A DNA stretch of 60,680 nt from Rickettsiales bacterium (lineage in GTDB: Bacteria > Pseudomonadota > Alphaproteobacteria > Rickettsiales > UBA1997), in contig CBFIDI010000002.1 in assembly GCA_965661355.1 (NCBI GenBank), forward strand, positions 1-60,680, written 5' to 3'. The number at the start of each line of letters is the position of its first letter. Position 1 is the first letter of the stretch. Made by a program: the position numbers and the translations under genes. Below the pieces are notes generated by a model. That model did no database searches and was not told the origin of the DNA. It saw only the letters and a list, made by a program, of their open reading frames with translations. Below, piece after piece: positions 8,493 through 17,308 of the stretch.

Positions 8493-9260
8493 ATGTTTAG
8501 TGATATGAGTGAATATGATTTGTTAATTGACTTACATAAAAGAAATAAAAGACAAGGCCCTGGGTCAGATAATTCAACTAAATCAGCGATAAATCTTGCT
8601 GGCTTAAATAAGCCATCTGAGAAATTAAATATTGCCGATATTGGATGTGGAACAGGATCTTCAACTTTAATTTTAGCTGAGAGTATAAACGCTAAAATAA
8701 CTGCAATTGATTTATTTGACGATTTTTTACAAATTTTACAATCAAGTGTAAAGAAAAAAGGGCTAGAGGATAAAATTACACCTCTTAAAACTTCCATGGA
8801 TAATTTGCCCTTTGACAAAGAAAGTCTAGATGTAATTTGGTCAGAAGGAGCAATTTATAATATGGGATTTGAGAAAGGAATTTCTTATTTTAAGCAATTC
8901 CTAAAAAATAATGGCATTTTAGCAGTTTCAGAAATCACTTGGCTTACCAGCAAAAGACCCGAAGAAATTGAAAATCACTGGCGAAGTGAATATCCAGAAA
9001 TTGCCACTGCTTCACAAAAAATCAAAATTCTTGAAAATCAAGGATTTAAATTAATCGGTTATTTTCCACTTTCGAAAGAATGCTGGATTGATAATTATTA
9101 TAATGCTCTAGAAAAAAGTTTTGATGATTTTCTAGCAAGAAATAATAATATAAATAAGGCAAAATTAATTATTGAAAATGAGATAAAAGAAATTGAGCTT
9201 TATAAGAAATATCAAGATTATTACAGCTATGTTTTTTATATTGCCAGGAAAATATCTTAG
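8493..9260 (+). CDS. Class I SAM-dependent methyltransferase (small-molecule type, substrate unknown)
   Basis: Motif I is ADIGCGTGSSTLILAE, followed by an acidic loop (ITAIDLFD) and post-motif LDVIWSEGAIYNMG. No DPPY/NPPY DNA-methyltransferase motif is present. Confidence 0.75.
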   Translation: MFSDMSEYDLLIDLHKRNKRQGPGSDNSTKSAINLAGLNKPSEKLNIADIGCGTGSSTLILAESINAKITAIDLFDDFLQILQSSVKKKGLEDKITPLKTSMDNLPFDKESLDVIWSEGAIYNMGFEKGISYFKQFLKNNGILAVSEITWLTSKRPEEIENHWRSEYPEIATASQKIKILENQGFKLIGYFPLSKECWIDNYYNALEKSFDDFLARNNNINKAKLIIENEIKEIELYKKYQDYYSYVFYIARKIS

Positions 9261-9585
9261 CAAATTTTCATTATTTACAATAAAATATTACAGCTTTATT
9301 CAGAATTTTTATTATGATTTTTAGAATTAAAAGTTGCAATATTTTTATTTTTGCTAAAATTTTTAAAATGACTTCTTTGAATTATCTAAATAACCCTGTT
9401 TTTTAATGATTTTTATTCATTTTTGATTCTTAAAAGTCAAAATAATGGCTTTTTGACTAATTATTGCCGTTTTCCTTGTTTTTTAGACTATTTTTACCGC
9501 AAATTATAAGTTTTTAAGTCTAAATTGTTGTAATTTTAAGAAATTGTTGCAAAAAAATATTTTACTAAAATTTTCCTTTTAAATC

Positions 9586-9627
9586 GCGACAATTTTAGGC
9601 AATTTCGGGTAAATTTAAAATTGTCGC
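9586..9627. terminator. 12-bp perfect inverted repeat (GCGACAATTTTA / TAAAATTGTCGC) just downstream of the ankyrin-like gene
   Basis: The arms lie at 9586-9597 and 9616-9627 with an 18-nt loop. The repeat begins 8 nt after the gene stop (9635, minus strand). The flanking T-tract is modest on both strands, so terminator function is only suggested. Confidence 0.35.
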
Positions 9628-9634
9628 TGACTTT

Positions 9635-10990
9635 TTAACTTCTTCCCTCTCTTGATTCTTCTTTTTGCTTAGGTTGTGAAGAAGATGGATCTTCTACATT
9701 TTGACTTGGAACCTCTTTTGTTGAATCTTCAAAAGCAGCTGACGAGCTTGCTGCGCGAGGATTTGCGCTTGACATTGCCGCTCCTCTTGAGCTTGGCATT
9801 TCTTCTCTATAATCTTCAATCGCTCTTCTTACAGTAGCTCTCCTGAGCCCTTCATCGATATTTTGCGCAATCAAATCATCGCTTATTGTCATAATCATTA
9901 TTTCTTCTAATGTTTCAGCTGGAAGAGTATTATCTCTGGCCTCAATAAGAGCCCTGGACTTTTCGTATAAAAGATCGGTCTCTCTTTCTAACAACCCACC
10001 TCTTCTTGCTATTAATCGATTTTTTTCGGGATTTTGATCGCTCATAGTTTCAGGATTGGCACCTGCTCGTATAAGATAATCAGTTACTTCCAGTGAAGCA
10101 TTATAAATCAGCGCCACCGCTAAAGTGTCATTATCATAATCGCGATTACCATCTCTATCAATTGCATTATTTACAACTTCAGCTCCGTTTACAACAAGAA
10201 AATCAATAACTTCTAGTGAAGCATTACCACTCAGTGCCCCTGCCAAAGTATAATGATAATTATTATGATTACCATTAATATCAGATTCATTATTCACAAT
10301 TTCAGCTCTGTTTGCAATAAGAATCTTAATAACTTCTAATGAAGACTCGCTATTTAGTGCAACTGCTAAAGTGTCATTACGATAATCGCGACTACCATTT
10401 ATATGAACTGCATCATTTACAATTTCAGCTCCGTTTGCAATAAGAAGATCAATAACTTCTGGTGAAGTATTACGAACCAGTGCCGTTGCCAAGGTGTCTG
10501 AACCATAATTGCGACTACCATTTATATGAACTGCATTATTTACAATTTCAGCTCCGTTTGCAATAAGAAAATCAATAACTTCTAGTGAAGAATTATGAAG
10601 AAGTGCCGTTGCTAAAGTATCATTATCATAATCGCGACCATCATTGGCATCAACTGCGTTATTTACAATTTCAGCTCCGTTTGCAATAAGAAGCTGAACA
10701 ACTTCTAGTGAAGAATTATGTCTCAGTGCCGTTGCTAAAGTGTCATTATAACGATTGCGATTACCATCATTATTTATAATTTCAGCTCCGTTTGCAATAA
10801 GAAGCTCAACAACTTCTGGTGAAGTATTATGTCTCAGCGCCGTTGCTAAAGTGTCATTATTATAATCGCGAGTATCATAAATACTAACTGCATCATTTAC
10901 AACCTTAACCCCTTCATCAAGGCATTGCCTGACTAATTCAATATTATTATTTTCTATCGCTTGATGTAAATCATCTATTGTTAATGGCAT
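9635..10990 (-). CDS. Ankyrin-like tandem-repeat protein with a Ser/Pro/acidic disordered C-terminus (candidate secreted effector)
   Basis: About 8 repeats of DTLATAL(R/L)HNSSLEV(V/I)xLLIANGAEIVNNAV..., which fit the degenerate ankyrin pattern (T-L--A----S-EVV-LLI-NGA-I-N). The C-terminal ~60 aa are low-complexity (SSRGAAMSSANPRAASSSAAFEDSTKEVPSQNVEDPSSSQPKQKEESREGRS). Confidence 0.7.
   Translation of the reverse strand: MPLTIDDLHQAIENNNIELVRQCLDEGVKVVNDAVSIYDTRDYNNDTLATALRHNTSPEVVELLIANGAEIINNDGNRNRYNDTLATALRHNSSLEVVQLLIANGAEIVNNAVDANDGRDYDNDTLATALLHNSSLEVIDFLIANGAEIVNNAVHINGSRNYGSDTLATALVRNTSPEVIDLLIANGAEIVNDAVHINGSRDYRNDTLAVALNSESSLEVIKILIANRAEIVNNESDINGNHNNYHYTLAGALSGNASLEVIDFLVVNGAEVVNNAIDRDGNRDYDNDTLAVALIYNASLEVTDYLIRAGANPETMSDQNPEKNRLIARRGGLLERETDLLYEKSRALIEARDNTLPAETLEEIMIMTISDDLIAQNIDEGLRRATVRRAIEDYREEMPSSRGAAMSSANPRAASSSAAFEDSTKEVPSQNVEDPSSSQPKQKEESREGRS
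10060..10880. repeat. In-frame tandem DNA repeats (period ~111-124 bp) inside the ankyrin-like gene
   Basis: A near-identical core, (a)caatttcagctccgtttgcaataagaa...aacttct(a/g)gtgaag, recurs beginning near 10178, 10300, 10424, 10547, 10669 and 10780. Confidence 0.8.
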
Positions 10991-11167
10991 AATTATTTTG
11001 ATTTATTAACATTATTTATTTTTACTCTTAAATCCTATTATATCATAAAAATCGATTTTTGTAAAATTTTTTTGTATTTTTTTAAAAATGCTGCAAAATC
11101 GATATAAGAAAATAAATTATTATTTGCAATTTGAATTAGATTTGAAATTTATTTTTAAATTCAGAAA

Positions 11168-11470
11168 TTATTGTTGATTTTCAATGTTTGGTTTGTTGAG
11201 ACGATGTGATAAAGCGCATGTCTTAACTGCTTCAACAGAGCTTTTTGGCTTTAAATTTGCATTTCTTGCAATATAAGATTCAATATTACTTTTGCTATCT
11301 TCCTTGATTAAGCCTTGATTTACAAGGCTAGTCCTTGATTCTTTGATGATTTCATCAAGAGAAATATCTTGAAAATTTTCAGTCGTCAATTCTTGTCTGT
11401 TATTTATATTATAATATTTATCATCTTTATCGATAAAAACCTCGCCAGCAATATTGCACTTGATTTGCAA
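11168..11470 (-). CDS. Hypothetical protein (100 aa), possibly spurious
   Basis: An open frame only, with no recognisable motif. It occupies the DNA where the N-terminal half of the adjacent integrase should be. Confidence 0.25.
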   Translation of the reverse strand: MQIKCNIAGEVFIDKDDKYYNINNRQELTTENFQDISLDEIIKESRTSLVNQGLIKEDSKSNIESYIARNANLKPKSSVEAVKTCALSHRLNKPNIENQQ

Positions 11471-11773
11471 GGTGCGTTAAAAACTGGAAAAGCGAAATAT
11501 TTTAATCGCATTAAAGAAAAAGAATTGCCCGATTTGTTGGCAAAAATTGAAAATTATGATGGTGAGTTGCAAACTAAAATGGGGTTGAAATTGGCGCTTT
11601 TAACTTTTGTTAGGACGACTGAATTAAGGGGCGCAAGGTGGGAGGAAATTGATTTTGATAAGAAGATTTGGGAGATTCCAGCGCAGCGTATGAAGATGAA
11701 AGTTAAGCATTTGGCGCCGCTTTCAAAGCAGTCTGTTTAAGCTTTTAAAGAATTGAAAATGTTAATTTTATAA
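11470..11773 (+). pseudogene. P4-type tyrosine integrase, internal fragment with an in-frame stop
   Basis: LKLALLTFVRTTELRGARWEEIDFDKKIWEIPAQRMKMKVKHLAPLSKQSV matches the conserved box I region (LTgvRtsElrgArW.EiD...W.IPa.RMKm...H.VPLS.qa). A TAA at 11738-11740 interrupts a frame that continues AFKELKML. The N-terminal ~170 aa and the catalytic C-terminus are missing. Confidence 0.7.
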
Positions 11774-12624
11774 TCAATAAGTGAAAAAACCGCTGCTGAA
11801 ACTATCTTCGAGAGATCAAATTCTAATTTGACTTTCGTGAAAATGAAATCTGTTGAAAAAAAATCTTGAAAAATCGATAACCATAAAGGATATTTTAGGT
11901 TGAAAGAGATTATTTAAATGAATATAAAATTAAGCTTTTAGGGCTTTTAATTATGTAATATCTGTCTTTTTCTAAAGCTATAGCAAATCATAGAGCGCCA
12001 ATATATGGAAGATTGAGTTGAATTATTTGATACAATTTTATAACTTAACGACAGAGAGATCTTGACACATATGAGCAAAAGAAAGAATAAGATTAGTGGC
12101 CGAGAAATTTTTACGAGAAATATATTAAATTTACGGAACTTCAAGAAAATATGGCAAAAGAAAAAAGTTTAAAAGAGCTTGAAAATTATTTGAAAAAAAA
12201 CCAGAACCAAAGATTAAATAAAAGCAACTTAAAATTTAACCTGAAGCAAAATCAAGCTCATCTCCACCCTCTTTAACTTTACAATTAATTATCAAGGGGG
12301 CTAAGATATTTTATTAAGATAATTATCGTACAAAATAATTAATGTCTGATGATGTTAAAAAAGTTTTGATTATGGCTCTAATGGTTAAATTTTAAAAGAT
12401 AAATTCTTAATTATAAACTTTAAAATATCACGGCAATAAATATTACGCTTCTTTCAAAAAATTACATATATTTTCAAAAGATTACGATTTACATTATGCT
12501 TAATATAATTATAATTTAATAATAATCAAAGCCTACGATTAATGGCTGAAATAATAGTAATTTAAAAAAGTTTTTACTAAAGTAAAATAAATATATGGCT
12601 TGGTACAACAAAATAAGATAAATT

Positions 12625-14592
12625 ATGTGTGGAATTGTTGGCGCGATTGCGTCTGAAAATATTGTAGTTAATATTCTTGAAGGTTTAAAGAAGCTAGAAT
12701 ATCGGGGTTATGACTCGGCTGGTATTTCTGTGCTTGATAATAATATTTTTAAGACCGTTAAGGAAGAAGGTAAAATAGAAAGATTGGTGAGTGCTATAAA
12801 AAACTCTTCGGCGCTAAATAGCTATTTAAATATTGGCGAATTATCTTTTATTGATCAAGATAATTTTAGTCAAAAAGAAGATAGGAAGCCTGATGTTAAA
12901 AATTTAGACTCCAAAAATATGATTGCAATTGGCCATACGCGCTGGGCAACACATGGAAGGCCAAGTCAAGAAAATTCTCATCCACATGCTTCTTCTGAAA
13001 TTTGCGTAGTTCATAATGGAATTATTGAAAATTATCAAGAAATTAGAAAAAAATTAGCTAATTTAGGGGCTAGCTTTTTAAGCGAGACAGATTCGGAAGT
13101 TGTTCCTCATTTATTGCAAGAAAATTTCAGATTAGTTAAAAGCGAATTTTCTAATTTAGCGGCGCAAGACCAGATAAAGAAAGCTTTGATGAAAACTTTA
13201 AGCGAAATTGATGGCTCTTATGCTTTAGCAATAATGTTTCGAGATTATCCAGACTTTATTGCGGTTGCAAAAAAAGGCTCGCCGCTTTTGGTTGGTTATG
13301 GCAAAGATTGTAACTATATAGCTTCTGACTATTATGCTTTATCTGATAATACAAATGAAATAATTCATTTAAACGACAATGAATTTTCTTTTGTTTATAA
13401 AGATAGGGCTGAATTTTATAACAAATCGGGCGAAAAAATTGAGCGCGAAGTTAAATTTATGGAAAAACTAATCGAAAAGACTTCTAAAAATGGCTATGAC
13501 CATTTTATGTTAAAAGAAATTTTTGAACAGCCAGAAATATTATCAAATAATATTAAAAATTATGTTGATTTAGAAAATTATAAAATAAATTTGCCGAAAT
13601 TTACTTTTGACATAAAAAACATTAATAAAATTACTATTATCGCTTGCGGCACCTCTTATTATGCGGCAATGGCGGCGAAATATTTGTTTGAAGAAATTTC
13701 TAGAATTGAGGTCGAAGTTGATATTGCTTCGGAATTTCGTTATAGGAAAACTGTTTTTCGTGATGATAATTTGATGATATTTATTTCTCAGTCTGGCGAA
13801 ACCGCCGACACTATTGCGGCCTTGAAATATGCAAAAGAAAATAACCAAAAAATATTATCAATTGTAAATTCTTCAAATAGCTCGATGGAAGAGCTTTCTG
13901 ATGTTGTTGTTAAGACCATTGCCGGAATTGAAATTGGCGTAGCTTCAACCAAAGCTTACACTTCGCAAATTGTAATTTTGTCGTTATTGGCTATTGAATT
14001 TGGCGAGAAGAAAAATAATTTATCGCAAAATTCTTGCAATAAAAATAAATTAATCACACAAATTTGTAAAATTGATAAAAAAATTGCAAATATTTTAAGT
14101 GATGAAAATGTTGATAAAATTAAAGATATAGCCAATTATCTTCTTGAATTTGAGAATGCACTTTATGTTGGTCGCGGAGTTTCTTATGTTAGTGCCTTGG
14201 AAGGTTCTTTAAAATTAAAAGAGTTATCTTACATTAATTGTCAAGCAATTGCTGCTGGCGAGTTAAAGCATGGTACAATCGCTTTAATTGATGAAAAAAT
14301 GCCGGTAATTGCTATGGCTCTTAGTAATAATTTATTTGAAAAAACCGCTTCAAATATCGAAGAGATAAAAGCCAGAAAGGGGAAAATTATTGCTATAAGC
14401 GATAAAAAAGGCGTAAAAAGCTTAGGCGACCTAGCCGATTTCACCATTACTATACCCGATTCCGAATCTATAATTGAAGAAGTTTTAATTGGCATAATTC
14501 CACTTCAGCTTTTAGCTTATTATGTCGCCTTGTTTAAGGGTAACGATGTAGACCAGCCGAGAAATTTAGCAAAATCGGTTACGGTTGAATAA
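12625..14592 (+). CDS. glmS: Glutamine--fructose-6-phosphate aminotransferase (isomerising)
   Basis: MCGIVGA N-terminal nucleophile, GHTRWATHG, two SIS domains (SQSGETADT) and the C-terminal LAKSVTVE. It carries a ~40-aa low-complexity insert after residue ~57. Confidence 0.95.
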   Translation: MCGIVGAIASENIVVNILEGLKKLEYRGYDSAGISVLDNNIFKTVKEEGKIERLVSAIKNSSALNSYLNIGELSFIDQDNFSQKEDRKPDVKNLDSKNMIAIGHTRWATHGRPSQENSHPHASSEICVVHNGIIENYQEIRKKLANLGASFLSETDSEVVPHLLQENFRLVKSEFSNLAAQDQIKKALMKTLSEIDGSYALAIMFRDYPDFIAVAKKGSPLLVGYGKDCNYIASDYYALSDNTNEIIHLNDNEFSFVYKDRAEFYNKSGEKIEREVKFMEKLIEKTSKNGYDHFMLKEIFEQPEILSNNIKNYVDLENYKINLPKFTFDIKNINKITIIACGTSYYAAMAAKYLFEEISRIEVEVDIASEFRYRKTVFRDDNLMIFISQSGETADTIAALKYAKENNQKILSIVNSSNSSMEELSDVVVKTIAGIEIGVASTKAYTSQIVILSLLAIEFGEKKNNLSQNSCNKNKLITQICKIDKKIANILSDENVDKIKDIANYLLEFENALYVGRGVSYVSALEGSLKLKELSYINCQAIAAGELKHGTIALIDEKMPVIAMALSNNLFEKTASNIEEIKARKGKIIAISDKKGVKSLGDLADFTITIPDSESIIEEVLIGIIPLQLLAYYVALFKGNDVDQPRNLAKSVTVE

Positions 14593-15073
14593 GTTTTTAC
14601 TGTAAATTTAAGATTTTTACTTGAAATTTACAACAAAATATAATGTGTATTTAATATCTATATTTGATGATTTGTCCATTGAAATTTTATTAAAATAAAC
14701 ATCATCAAAATTTCTGTAATATTTTTTACAAAAATTATTTTGATAAAATTTTGCAACCCAACCCCTTTAATAATCAATTGTAAATTGAAAATGGCATAAT
14801 TGCTTTTGATAGAAGATTTACCCTTTAATTTTATTGATGTCTTAGAAAAAATAATCTCTTTTAGAAACCTTTCTCATTCTTCAAAAATTTATTATCTCTT
14901 GAAGCTTTAATTCTTGCCATAAAATTAACAATTAAGCGTTAAAATTATAATTCTATAGAGTTTGTAAATTTTATGGCATAATGCTAAATTTTACCTTTAA
15001 ATCAAAGTCTTAGTTAAGGTATATTATATTTTATGATATTTTTTTGATAAAAATATTAAGCGTTATGCGTCCA

Positions 15074-17308
15074 CTAAAGATCTTTTATCGTAATGTTTAT
15101 GCTGTGCGAACGCTGAGTTTCTGTTAGATTGCTACTGTTATTTTCTGTGGTGGTAATATTTAATAAGGTGCAACAACCCCCATATTCAAAACTTAATTTT
15201 CTTAATAAATCTTTCCCTCTTTCAAGGTCACGAGTTATCGAAGCCGTTGTTCTAAATTTTTTAGTAAAATCATACTGAACTTGAAAGGTATTTTGTTCGC
15301 GCTTACTTGAACTTAATATGTCTTTTCTAAGCAAAATATAATCATTTTGTATTCGAAGTTTATTATTAATATTTAAACTTATTTGCAAAGAGTTAACATT
15401 GTTTGAGTAACTTGATTCATCAAGTTGAAATAAATATTTTACGCTAAATATCGATGGCAAAGTATATGAAAAGAGGCCAACTATGTTTGATTTATTATTG
15501 TCGTTAAACCCCCTAATGTCAACATCTTGACTTGTTTCGTTTATGCGGTAACTTTGCGCCAAAGTCATTTCAAATTGACCTAAATCATTAAACATTGCAG
15601 TTTTTGCCCCGTAACTTATTCTTTCTCCGGCCTCATTTCTATCATAGCCAGATATTCTGTCAGAGTTAAATATATTGTTAACCGTAAGTTCCGAACTGTT
15701 ACTGTCTTCATTTGGTAATTTTGAAGATTTTTTTTCAAAAGAAGATGAAACAAGGCTTGCTATTGGCTCGACCATTAAAGTATTTGAGCTAAGCTTTTGA
15801 ATAAGAGGCAAGCGCCAAGTCAAAGATATTTCGGGCTTATAATTAAAAATTGAGTTATCGAGATTTTGTTTTTCTTCATTTAAACGATTATTTTCCTCAA
15901 GCGAGTAATAGTCTAGTTGCAATTTACTGTTTAAGTCTATTAAATTGCCACTTATATTAAATGGAATATTTACTTCAGGAGTTGAAGTTAATCTTCTATA
16001 TTGCAAGCCACTTTCGCGCGTTATGCTAGTTAAATTAGATTCTAATTTGTATCTTTCTTTAAAAAATATAGGTTTTTTTGATTGTTTTATATAAGTTACT
16101 GACGGCAAAACAAATTGTGCAGATTTTGGGCTTTGGTTAGGCTCTAATTCTTGAAATCTAACCGAATTTACACCAAAATAATCTCTGTCCTTGGTATAAT
16201 CATAGTTAATTTGCGATTCTGTAAAGGCGCTGAAGTCAAAATTATAATCTCTCAGATAATTCCTATCGCCCACAGTGTTAATATTGTGAGTTAGTCTGTT
16301 ATTATGGTCAAATATGTAGTCTCCCGCGCTCCTAAAATCATATCTTAAGTTTTTAGAAGTTCTAACCTGAACATTTCTGTCGGTTTGATCATCTATTTTA
16401 TTATTTGCTAGTTCTAGACTTGTTTTATGCTTACCATATTTTACAAGTTGCTCAACTTCATTTTTTACAATAAGCTGCGAGCTATTAGGATAAATTCTTG
16501 GAGTAATAGTGTAATCTATATTGGGCGCAACATCAATAAAATATGGCGCGTTAAAGCCAATACCAAAAATTGAATTATTGACATAAGACGGGGTTAAAAA
16601 GCCGCTTTTTCTTTTATTTTCCCTTGAAGGTATACTTAAATAAGGCGTATATAAAACGGGTAAATTATATATTTTTACAATTGCATGCTTGCTAATGATT
16701 TCTGATTTTTCTTTATTAATCGTCGTTGATTTTGACTTAATAGATATCATGTCAAATAATTCTCCAGCCTTTTCGTTATTTTTTACAATTTTATCATTAG
16801 GGCAAATTGAAAATACAGGGCTTCTTAAAATTACTAAATCTTCACTTCTTTTGTCAATTTCTTGCGACTTCATATATGACCCGTCATCAAAAACTATTGT
16901 TGAATTTGGTAGCTTGCCTTTGCTAAAGTCTCTCGTAATCTCTCCTTTTGGGGCGTAAATATTGCCAAGACTAGGGTCTTTTATTACAAAATTGCCAGCG
17001 GCTTTGATAATGTTAGTATTTTTGTCAAAAGATGCTTCGTCAGAGGTTGCTACGGCGCTACCATTTTCTATTTCGACATTGCCAATGGCTTTTATGATAT
17101 TTTTATTTCTGTCACTCTGAACTTGGTCTGCTTGCAATATTGTATCTTCCTTTTTTCGGTCCGAACCTGAAAAACTAGGAATTGAATATGATTCTCGCGA
17201 AAAAAGAGTTAGGCCAATAAATAGAAATATTAAGCTATATTTAATTGTTTTTTGTTGGTTTTTCTGATCCACAGCATAATGACCATTCTGGTTAGTAATA
17301 TTGCACAA
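15074..17308 (-). CDS. lptD: LPS-assembly outer-membrane protein LptD (OstA family)
   Basis: Signal-like N-terminus, an OstA-type N-terminal beta-jellyroll region (ADQVQSDRNKNIIKAIGNVEIENG...) and a long beta-barrel-like C-terminus (744 aa). The start is uncertain because the annotated ATG overlaps the secD 3' end by 79 nt. Confidence 0.8.
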   Translation of the reverse strand: MCNITNQNGHYAVDQKNQQKTIKYSLIFLFIGLTLFSRESYSIPSFSGSDRKKEDTILQADQVQSDRNKNIIKAIGNVEIENGSAVATSDEASFDKNTNIIKAAGNFVIKDPSLGNIYAPKGEITRDFSKGKLPNSTIVFDDGSYMKSQEIDKRSEDLVILRSPVFSICPNDKIVKNNEKAGELFDMISIKSKSTTINKEKSEIISKHAIVKIYNLPVLYTPYLSIPSRENKRKSGFLTPSYVNNSIFGIGFNAPYFIDVAPNIDYTITPRIYPNSSQLIVKNEVEQLVKYGKHKTSLELANNKIDDQTDRNVQVRTSKNLRYDFRSAGDYIFDHNNRLTHNINTVGDRNYLRDYNFDFSAFTESQINYDYTKDRDYFGVNSVRFQELEPNQSPKSAQFVLPSVTYIKQSKKPIFFKERYKLESNLTSITRESGLQYRRLTSTPEVNIPFNISGNLIDLNSKLQLDYYSLEENNRLNEEKQNLDNSIFNYKPEISLTWRLPLIQKLSSNTLMVEPIASLVSSSFEKKSSKLPNEDSNSSELTVNNIFNSDRISGYDRNEAGERISYGAKTAMFNDLGQFEMTLAQSYRINETSQDVDIRGFNDNNKSNIVGLFSYTLPSIFSVKYLFQLDESSYSNNVNSLQISLNINNKLRIQNDYILLRKDILSSSKREQNTFQVQYDFTKKFRTTASITRDLERGKDLLRKLSFEYGGCCTLLNITTTENNSSNLTETQRSHSINITIKDL

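Noticed and set aside
10060-10880. A regularly spaced ~120-bp repeat array that could superficially suggest a CRISPR or other non-coding array.
   Set aside because: The repeats are in frame within a single 451-aa ORF and encode ankyrin-like units. The sequence between the conserved cores is also related from unit to unit. No cas genes are present.
12140-12270. A small Lys/Asn-rich ORF (MAKEKSLKELENYLKKNQNQRLNK...) in the spacer before glmS. A search for a glmS ribozyme upstream of glmS was made in the same spacer.
   Set aside because: The ORF is 41 codons of low-complexity sequence with no supporting features. No conserved glmS-ribozyme core is evident, and that element is not expected in alphaproteobacteria.
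17230-17308. A 79-nt overlap between the 3' end of secD and the annotated lptD start.
   Set aside because: This is most likely a start-codon assignment artefact. The hydrophobic signal-like segment of LptD begins after the overlap, and an alternative start (for example GTG at ~17272, or a non-ATG start closer to the signal peptide) would shrink or remove it. There is no evidence for programmed overlap.
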